This document shows, piece after piece, positions 1 to 9,712 of a stretch of 64,000 nucleotides of DNA. Both the position numbers and the translations under genes were made by a program. The DNA comes from Eledone cirrhosa (Eukaryota). Below the pieces are notes generated by a model. That model made no database searches, was not told the DNA's origin, and was given only the letters and a program-made list of their open reading frames with translations. The stretch's first letter is position 1, and each line of letters opens with the position of its first letter. Location: NCBI GenBank assembly GCA_964016885.1, contig OZ024741.1:324756001-324820000 (forward strand). The letters run 5' to 3'.

Positions 1-513
1 ACTATATTTTATGCCCCTTTGCACCCTCCATATATTTCTTCAATTCTGTCCCCATTAGCCTACCTTAATTCTACTTAAGTCAGTTTTTTAGATATCGTTA
101 TGTATATGATAGTAAAAAATTTCATTCCTTTTTGTAAACATTTGTAACGAAACATTAAAGTTTATAAACTTTAATGACTTAAACTACAGCTAATATTATA
201 CTACCTTATTGGATAGTTTTAATATTTTTAATATTAATTTATCAAATAGGGTTTTGAGTCAATTAAAGTGATTGTTTTCCTTAGTTTTTACCTAACTACT
301 TAACTGCATGTGAGACCTAAATGTGTATATATTTGTTTTTGTTTTGTAATTTCCGGTTGATTATATTTATTATTTTATTCTATATTTTATATTCTATTTA
401 CTATTCACTGTCTGGCTTTACTTACACATCCACATATGTCTGTCTACTAACCTTGTAATTATAAGTATTTATATATTATTTTATGTCAATTTATAATATA
501 TTATATTATATTG

Positions 514-994
514 TATTGTAATATTGATCCTTATTGCTTACTGTTCATTATATGTAACATTATGATATTTAAACTTTACATATCATGTAAGATGTCTGTA
601 TATTTTTTTCTGTACCATCATAATTTTTTCTGTACCATCATAGTGTTTTTTTAGTATTGTATAATTTATTTTTCCTCATTTACTCTGTAACCCAGTATGA
701 ATCGATTTGTATATATTGTTTATTGTAAATGTTAGTACATTGTAAGATGTCTGTATTTTTGTAATATTGTAATATTGATCCTTATTACTTACTGTTCATT
801 ATATGTAACATTATGATATTTAGACTTTACATATCATGTAAGATGTCTGTATATTTTTTTCTGTACCATCATAATTTTTTCTGTACCATCATAGTGTTTT
901 TTTAGTATTGTATAATTTATTTTTCCTCATTTACTCTGTAACCCAGTATGAATCGATTTGTATATATTGTTTATTGTAAATGTTAGTACATTGT
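514..994. repeat. Tandem duplication of a ~230 bp AT-rich segment (period ~251 bp)
   Basis: TATTGTAATATTGATCCTTATT...GTTAGTACATTGT occurs at ~514-743 and ~765-994, nearly identical. Confidence 0.85.
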
Positions 995-1650
995 TAACAT
1001 ATTATCATTATATTATTATTGGGACATCTATATTGTTTGTGTAAATTAACCGGGGATTATCTATTTTATTATATTATATTGAATTATATAATTTTATTGT
1101 TTATTATTTATTATATGTGTCTCTTGTAATTATATCATATTATTGCCTCATGTATATTGGGTAGATGTATTGGTATTATTTTCACTCTTATCATGCTTAT
1201 TTTTAAATTCAAACTTCTAATAAGGCTTAATTTGTGTAGTTGAACATAGATGTGCGTATTGTTGTATATATGTGTGTGTGTGTGTGTGTGTGCGCGCACA
1301 TATATACATGTATATATTGTACCTTTTGATTTTTAATTGTAATTTTAATGTTGGTAAAGGTATATTATTATAATGTATTATGTTATATTACATTGTGTTA
1401 TATATAATTCCTGCTCTATATAACCACATTTGTTTAGCTTTAGGTTAGTTGCTTTGGACTATATTTGTAATATGGTTCTTAATGTTATATACATCCTTAG
1501 TTATTCTTATTATATATTTTTATTATTTTTATTTTTATTTTTATTTTTATTTTTATTATATATTTTTGCAAGACTTTAGTGTATGTACACTCCATATTCT
1601 TAGGAGCTTCCGGCTTGTATCTGCCGATATTACTTCTTGTTGTTTTGATT

Positions 1651-1688
1651 GCCCTTATGAGTCCTTAGTAGGACGAAACATTGTCGGC
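1651..1688 (+). ncRNA. Minimal type I hammerhead ribozyme with variant core (CUUAUGA), end of a PLE-like 3' region
   Basis: GCC-CTTATGA-GTCC ttagta GGAC-GAAACA T TGTC-GGC, then TAATAAAA and a (TA)n tract; GUC cleavage triplet. Confidence 0.7.
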
Positions 1689-1733
1689 TAATAAAAACTT
1701 TTGATGTATTAAAGGATTCTTTGTTTTACTCTC

Positions 1734-1767
<34 letters not shown>

Positions 1768-1770
<3 letters not shown>

Positions 1771-2789
1771 TAAATCATGTCTTTAGAATCATCAGATAAT
1801 AAAATATATACTATTTCTTCTTCTAATTAGCATAACTAACCATATAAAAAATCAATCAGAACAAGCTATAAGAATAAATGCTCTTATGGGGAAATCTCCG
1901 ACAAATAACCGAACGTAGCCTCTTCGCGGCGGCCTCAATCGAGTATTTATCTAACATTTCGACAGCATGTAGAAACTGACTAAATATACCATCAACCATA
2001 CACAATTAGGTGTAAAATTTAACTTAGATATAATGCTCTGATTTTTTAATTTATTAATTCTTCATAGAGCTTAAAATTGACCAGTTGCAACATGTATATA
2101 TCTATAACTTTATGTATATGTTAACCTTTATATTTAATAATCTCCCAATAGGTTGAGATTAAATTTGGCGATATTTGGCTGCGCTTTCTAGCAGCAAGCC
2201 TACCCGCCGTAAGCAACCAATCACATCCTTTCTCTCTGGCTTGTCCACAGCCACATAGCGTATCTTAGCCATTTTTTAATCTATTTTTGGCGGAATAGGA
2301 TTGAAAAACTACATGTCTGATTTTGAGTTTGTCTCCTGATGAATCCTAACACAGGACATTCCTATTATTTGGATGTCTAAAATAAGGAAGAAACCATGGT
2401 AGAGATATAATTACGATATGTGCGCATTTCTTCTAAGTTAAATTTTACACCTAATTGTGTATGGTTGATGATATATTTAGTCAGTTTCTACATGCTGTCG
2501 AAATGTTGGATAAATACTCGAGTGAGGCCGCCGCGAAGAGGCTACGTTCGGTTATTTGTCGGAGATTTCCCCATAAGAGCATTTAATCTTATAGCTTGTT
2601 CTGATTGATTTTTTATATGGTTAGTTATGCTAATTAGAAGAAGAAATAGTATATATTTTATTATCTGATGATTCTAAAGACATGATTTATGATATAATGC
2701 TCTGATTTTTTTATTTATTAATTCTTCATAGAGCTTAAAAGTGACCAGTTGCAACATGTATATATCTATAACTTTATGTATATGTTAAC

Positions 2790-2793
<4 letters not shown>
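1768..2793 (+). mobile_element. Non-coding retrozyme/PLE pseudo-LTR-like element: 664-bp unit plus partial repeat, 5' part inverted
   Basis: 1768-2028 is the reverse complement of 2432-2692; 2029-2130 recurs at 2693-2793; contains an HHR; (TA)n on both sides. Confidence 0.75.
2331..2406 (+). ncRNA. Type I hammerhead ribozyme with extended stem II
   Basis: TCTC-CTGATGA-aTCCT...(GACATTCC/GGATGTC hairpin)...AGGAa-GAAA-CCATGG-TA-GAGA; palindromic stem III; GUA triplet. Confidence 0.75.
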
Positions 2794-2832
<39 letters not shown>

Positions 2833-2941
2833 TAAATGTTTATATATATTTATATATATATATATATATATATAATAAATATAAATGTTTATATATAAAT
2901 ATATATATATATATATATAATAAATATAAATGTTTATATAT

Positions 2942-3512
2942 ATTGATTGTCGGCAGGGCTGCACCGTACAACTTCAAGAGGAAATGCGATCTTTGCCTCA
3001 TGGAGCTCTACCACATCATAACTGCACCCCACGAGCTCATCAACAGCAGAGCTGAAACAGCGATAAGTTTTACACATCGCTTAAAAATATCCTTCTTTAG
3101 ATGGGTTAAGAATGAAGAGTGAAATGGTACACTGGATCTTCCTGCAACAAGTCTTAACACCCCGGCGGGCAGGCGCAGCAAAATAACACCGAGAAAACAA
3201 TCCTTGCATACCAGACCCAGCCTCAGACAAAAGGATGCGACAAAAAAAAAAAAAAAAAAAAATTATCCGGGAAAGACTGCCCTAACACCGGCCAGAGTTA
3301 CCTCCCTTGACCTGCTGCAAAATCAAAACAAGATATTTTTGCGAGCAATGAATCTTGATGTAGATTTAACCCCCAAAACTCTTTCCGAACTATATAAGGA
3401 ACACTTGTGATTATTTATGCCCTTGAGAAGCCCAACTGGGCGAAACGTACGTAGGTGATATTTTAAATAAACATGTTTTAACGGTCTATTCTCCGATTTT
3501 TTACTTTCCCAC
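2942..3512 (+). mobile_element. 5'-truncated Penelope-like element: GIY-YIG C-terminus plus 3' UTR with HHR
   Basis: Translation [25 protein letters not shown]...LINSRAE resembles the CxLC..E..LN..E C-terminus of the 11010 ORF; HHR and AATAAA at the 3' end; (TA)n flanks. Confidence 0.75.
3419..3456 (+). ncRNA. Minimal hammerhead ribozyme, U3-A8 core variant (UUGAGAA)
   Basis: CC-TTGAGAA-GCCC aact GGGC-GAAA-CGTACG-TA-GG; palindromic stem III; very short stem I. Confidence 0.7.
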
Positions 3513-3574
<62 letters not shown>

Positions 3575-3620
3575 CGTAAAATAAGAAAATTATAAAATTA
3601 ACTTACTTACTAAAATTTCA

Positions 3621-3700
3621 CTCCCAACTAATTAGTTTCTGAAATGGAATAAATATACTTTCCGAAGAAAATATAGAGAATCATTTCGTCGTCAGGGAAG
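3621..3700 (-). ncRNA. Type I hammerhead ribozyme with extended stem II
   Basis: Minus strand: CTTCC-CTGACGA-cGAAATG...(TATATTTTC ttcg GAAAGTATA)...CATTTCa-GAAA-CTAATTAG-TT-GGGAG; GUU triplet. Confidence 0.75.
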
Positions 3701-4002
3701 TCTATTCTCAGCTAAGTATCCAGGCAAAGCATGGACTCTGGAAACTTATACAAAAATAATTCAGTGGATAGAAAATAGCAAAGCGTGGACTGAATTCCTA
3801 GCCATTGAGAAAATCACTGCCTACTGTGTCGGTGGCAAATTCAAAAAGAATCAATCACGTGACATCGAGGTCAATCAGTGGAAAGTGGTTTGTTCTGCAA
3901 CCCCGTGCATTGAACCACAAAGTTACTAAGACAAAACCTATATATTTGCTAGCATTGATATGCATCTGTATGTATATATATATGTTACTAGATATATTAA
4001 TT

Positions 4003-4042
<40 letters not shown>

Positions 4043-4320
4043 TTATATATATTTATATATATATATATATATATAAAAATACAAATAAATAATCGAGAAT
4101 CGGGATCTCGGCCCACGAAATCACGAAACACAATCTTCGAAATGTGTGGCAGAGGTCTCAATAGTTTGGGTAAACCAGAGCTATAACTATCGTTTAAATA
4201 CCAACACATAGAGACAATGCTTAAAATCATTCGCACAGCCGAAAAAACGACCAGGAAAATTCGGGTCACACAAATAATAAATTAATAAATTAATGAATTA
4301 AATGAATGTAATATATATAT

Positions 4321-4394
<74 letters not shown>

Positions 4395-4398
<4 letters not shown>

Positions 4399-7050
4399 AT
4401 ACTTTGGGAGGGTCATGTTGCCAATAAGAAACACACGCACCAGTTGCTTTCACTTCAATTTATTATAATAAATTTATAATAAATTTATAAATCCATAAAT
4501 TTCTGGTTGGTTGGTTGGTTCCACAACCAGACAGTTGTTTATACATAGTCATAGCTCCCTCGTCACACACTCTGTGACCTCCTCAGTGACTGGGGACCCC
4601 CCTCTCTGTCTCTGTGCCCCTCCCCTGCTCTGTCCCACGCCACCCCGTCTCTGTGTGTGTGTTGTGTGCTCAGTCTGCGCATCATTCGGGTGTCTGTGTA
4701 TGTTTATGTTCATTTATTTATTTGTTTATTTACATGTTACTGGTTGGTTGTTTGTTCTATGTGTGTGTGTGTTTTCATTTTGTCCTTAATTGTAAGTTGT
4801 GATGTTGCTGTTCCACTCATATTTTCTATTTAATTTTGGTTGTAATTCTTTTATGTTTATTGCCTCTGTAATTTGTCTAAACATTGCGTCTTTTCTGTGT
4901 GTAGATTCTATTTTTATTTCTATGTTCTCTAATTTACCCTTGTGTTCTATTTTAGCATGTTGGTAGAGTACAGATGATTCTTTACTATCCCGAAGGTCTC
5001 GCCAGTGTTCATTTATCCGTTCCCCTACACTACGAGCTGTCTCACCTATGTACACTATAATTTTGTCTCTACATTGTCCTTCAGTACATCTTATGCTATA
5101 CACTACATTTCTAGTTTTACAGTCAATATGGGGGCTTATTTTACAGGTTATACATTTCTTATCTATACATGAGGGCCTTTGGAAAGGGTATGTCTTGCCA
5201 ATAAGTGTTTTTACGGAGGTACCTGGTCTTTCTACTATCTTAATATTGAGTTTATGTTTATTTAGGGCCCTTCTAAATTTGTAAGCTAATTCACCTCTAG
5301 AGGTTGTATCGATGAACATTACACTCTGGTATTTATTGCTATCATACCATGAGTTTATTCTATTAGCCTTATTCCTAGTTCTTTCTATTCTATTCCAAAA
5401 TGTTGCTCCTGTACAAGGGGCAGGTCCCATTTATGTCATTATTTATCATTTTTTCCCATTCAGTTCTGGCTCCTCTATACACTCTGATTTTATCTCTCTG
5501 ATTGTAGCCAGAGAACTGCATACGGTGGATGAAGTGTTGTATGTGTCTCTCTAGTTCTTCGGGGTTGCACATGCGGGACACGTTTCTCATCACCCGTACC
5601 AAATCCGCAATCAGTATGTTGATTTTGGTATGGTCCGAAACGGCCGAGTTTCGGTGGATCAGATGTTTGGAAGTCATGGGTTTGGCATAATGGGAATGGA
5701 GGATTTTTTTTTGTTATTAATGGTATCTAACCAGAGCTCTGTGTCTAGTAGAGGCAATCGATGGTTGGGGTGTTTACTTGGGTAGTCTATAGTAACTCTA
5801 ATGCTCTGGTGGATGGAGTTAGCTATTTGCTGGATGCTTTCCATTGTGTTTTTCTCTAGTTCCTGATTGTTCTCTAGTGGGGGTGTCTTAACTACGATGT
5901 TTATATCATCAACGTAGCGGGAGTACATTATCAGGGTTAAGGGGTCTTCTAACTGTTCTTTAAGTTTAAGTTTAAGTCTACTGTCCCACCATACCATGAA
6001 TAAGTTAGCTATGTCGCCTGCAATGCTAACACCAATGGCTGCTCCTTCCTCTTGGGCATATGTTTTTCCATTAAATTTGAACATATGTTCCTTAAGGGTT
6101 AGTTTTATGCTGGCCCCTACCGCATGTGCAATCCTTTTCTTCAGTTCATCGTGGTTTTCGGGTGTCCGTATGGCTCTGGTCCACCCGTTCCATCTATCTG
6201 TGTGGGTTTTCTTGGCCATTGAGGTAATGGTAGGTGGTCTGCCTCTTGCTGGTCTTGTAGGGCACAGGTTGCTAAGGTCATATGTGTCTAGGTAATTATT
6301 ACTATAGGTAAGTTTAAGTAGGAGTCCCAGCTCACTGGTATCAATCCCACGGAACTCAACATTGCTCTCACTGATCATTTCTACGCATTTCTCCACAGCA
6401 AAATCCACGTCAATAGATGGATACAGGGACACAACATCCATACTACCTATTATGCAGTTTGTTAGGTCCCTAGATCTGTTACCCACGCCGATTCTGCTGA
6501 GGAAGTCCTCCGTGCTGTCACATACATCTGGGGACATTTCAATGATGGGGCGTATGATCAGGGAGAGGAAATAAGACAGTCTGTAGTTACTAGCAATGTT
6601 AGCTCCACAGACTGGCCGTGTTGGTGGTCCCGCGACAGGGTCACTGCCCGTTTTATGGTCTTTTCGAAGCCCATACAACGCCGGCACGTCATTGTTCCAG
6701 GCCTGGAAGTTGTTGGCAGTCCTTTTGTTGGGCTGCATTATATTCGTCCACATCACCATATGGGCATTGAGGGCTTTTTCTCTATCCTCATGCTCCTGTG
6801 GTGTTACCTCTCTTGTGTTAGTGATGTGGGGTTGCATTGCCTGGATGTAGTTTGGCAGGCTGTCAACCGACATTCTGCCAGACTTGTCTGTTGGAAAGAA
6901 TGCTATCTCTCCATTACGCGAGCGCTGCATGAGCTTACGCAAGCCATTTGCAGATTTTTCTCCCAGTTGCTGGGCCTCCATTCTATTATGCTTCTTGCTA
7001 TACTGTTCTATAATATTTCTAAGTTCGGATCTAGCTATACTAAATTGTGC

Positions 7051-7055
<5 letters not shown>
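4395..7055 (-). mobile_element. Penelope-like retroelement (RT plus C-terminal GIY-YIG endonuclease), frameshifted and 5'-truncated
   Basis: ORF 5674-6981 has RT motifs ([24 protein letters not shown]); 5390-5677 is the thumb; 4786-5430 has a CxxxxCxxC linker and VVY..C...YIGET.R GIY-YIG; (TA)n on both sides. Confidence 0.92.
4547..4591 (-). ncRNA. Degenerate hammerhead ribozyme at the PLE 3' end
   Basis: AGTCA-CTGAGGA-gGTCACA gagtg TGTGAC-GAGG(for GAAA)GAGCTA-TGACT; stems I and II intact, GAAA mutated. Confidence 0.55.
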
Positions 7056-7121
<66 letters not shown>

Positions 7122-7192
7122 TATATATATATTTATATATATATATGTTGATATATATACGTATATATATGTATATATATATATATATATAT

Positions 7193-7263
<71 letters not shown>

Positions 7264-7323
7264 TATATATATTTATATTTATATATTTAGATATATATAT
7301 ATATATTTATATATATTGGGGCA

Positions 7324-7450
7324 CCCACTGATGAATTATAGGAGCCCGCTTGAATATATATCTATTGATGGTATACAAGCTCCTACATAAATTGGTATAA
7401 TTTCACCCAAATTGTAGGAATCCTATAATGAAACGAGACGTCCGTCTGGG
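7324..7450 (+). ncRNA. Type I hammerhead ribozyme with multibranched stem II
   Basis: CCCA-CTGATGA-ATTATAGGA-[two hairpins: GCTTG..CAAGC and TCCTACA..TGTAGGA]-TCCTATAAT-GAAACG..CGTC-TGGG; 9-bp perfect stem II base; GUC triplet. Confidence 0.85.
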
Positions 7451-7645
7451 AAGAGATATATTCGATATATCTCATATTAAATAATACAGCCAATCTTCGA
7501 CGCAATACTTTTAGTTAGCACCCCGAACGCATAATTTGGAATATAATCACTTATTTCGTAATGTTTGTTGAGTGAGTTGGAATTTGGCCGGAGTATCGCT
7601 AAAAAGCTTTCTCCGATATTGTATTTATTTATTTATATATTTATA

Positions 7646-7746
<101 letters not shown>

Positions 7747-7751
7747 ATATG

Positions 7752-7802
<51 letters not shown>

Positions 7803-7827
7803 TTATTTATATATATATATTTATATT

Positions 7828-7880
<53 letters not shown>

Positions 7881-8016
7881 TAAATAACAGATTAAAGTTT
7901 AAGCAAAGAATCGCTACCCTTAACGGTATCTTCTGAAACTAACAAAGTCAATCTGTAAACGCAGAACTGGATATTTCAAAAAACGTTTGGATTTTAGTCT
8001 TCAATTTTATTATTAT

Positions 8017-8082
<66 letters not shown>

Positions 8083-8165
8083 TTATATATATTTATATAT
8101 ATATATATTTATATATATATATATATTTATATATATATTTATATATATATATTTATATATATATT

Positions 8166-8196
<31 letters not shown>

Positions 8197-8209
8197 TTAT
8201 ATATATATA

Positions 8210-8404
<195 letters not shown>

Positions 8405-8599
8405 TTAGTTTCAGAGAGATCCCGTTAAGGGTGAAAGCAGCGATTCTTTGCTTAAACTTTATTGTTATTTTAATAAATATGTATATATATATATATATAT
8501 ATATTTTTATATATGTATATTTATATATATATATACATTTATATATATGTATATTTATATATATATATTTATATATAAGTATATTTATATATATATATA

Positions 8600-9691
8600 T
8601 ATGTAAATATGATAATAATGGAGCTGCGGCGTTGCAAATGGGTTACATATGAAAAAGTTTGTCCTTCATCAGTGGTCTTCCAACCGTCATAGGCATTTCA
8701 TCGCTTTAAAGACCATATACCTCAGGTTTGTGCGAGCAACGGCTAAAAAAAGTCGTTGGGACACGTAAATAAAGGGGACGCTAGGGTAAACAAACAAAAT
8801 GGTTTAAGCAACAGAAAGTGATGAAGAAAGAGACAAGTCCCAGATTTCTATGAATATAAATTCGGTGAAATCGTGAACGAGAGAATAAAGACCATCAAAC
8901 CTGGTTGAAATGTGAGCAAGGAAGGAATTTCGCACAGGTCTAACGGGAGGAAGAAGGGGTCTGGTCTGCGAATTCGGTAAACATAAGTTCTGTGAAATCG
9001 CAGACGAGAGAGAGAGAGAGAAAAAAAATTCATACCAGCTTGGCCAAGAGCGCGCGAGAAAAGAATTACGGACAGGTCAAACGGGAAGAAAGAGGAGGAG
9101 GAGGAGAGGTAGTGACAGAGAATGAGTGAGTGAAGGGTGAGGAAGAGGCTAACAGAGAGAGAGACTGCTAGAAAGGGTAAAGATACAAAGAACGAAACAG
9201 AGGGGTAGCAGCAGAGGAAAAAATATATGTGTAAATATGATAATAATGGAGCTGCGGCGTTGCAAATGGATTACATATGAAAAAGTTTGTCCTTCATCAG
9301 TGGTCTTCCAACCGTAATAGGCATTTCATCGCTTTAAAGACCATATACCTCAGGTTGGTGCGAGCAACGGCTAAAAAAAGTCGTTGGGACACGTAAATAA
9401 AGGGGACGCTAGGGTAAACAAACAAAATGGTTTAAGCAACAGAATGTGATGAAGAAAGAGACAAGTCCCAGATTTCTATGAATATAAATTCGGTGAAATC
9501 GTGAACGAGAGAATAAAGACCATCAAACCTGGTTGAAATGTGAGCAAGGAAGGAATTTCGCACAGGTCTAACGGGAGGAAGAAGGGGTCTGGTCTGCGAA
9601 TTCGGTAAACATAAGTTCTGTGAAATCGCAGACGAGAGAGAGAGAGAGAGAGAAAAAAAATTCATACCAGCTTGGCCAAGAGCGCGCGAGA
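8600..9691. repeat. Partial tandem repeat: ~628-bp unit plus ~460-bp second copy, flanked by (TA)n
   Basis: 8600-9059 nearly identical to 9229-9691 (GTAAATATGATAATAATGGAGC...CCAAGAGCGCGCGAGA). Confidence 0.85.
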
Positions 9692-9712
9692 TATATATAT
9701 ATATATATATAT

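Noticed and set aside
4092-4170. TCGAGAA...GAAACACA..TGTGTG as an HHR
   Set aside because: The triplet would be GUG and stems I and II are inconsistent.
5996-6850. Plus-strand ORFs overlapping PLE RT regions (also 12091-12396 and 57107-57469)
   Set aside because: Antisense shadows of the RT reading frame with no recognisable motifs.
8655-8705. CTGATGA on the minus strand (and at ~9294-9300) as a hammerhead
   Set aside because: No closing stem II plus GAAA and NUH could be arranged in any topology.
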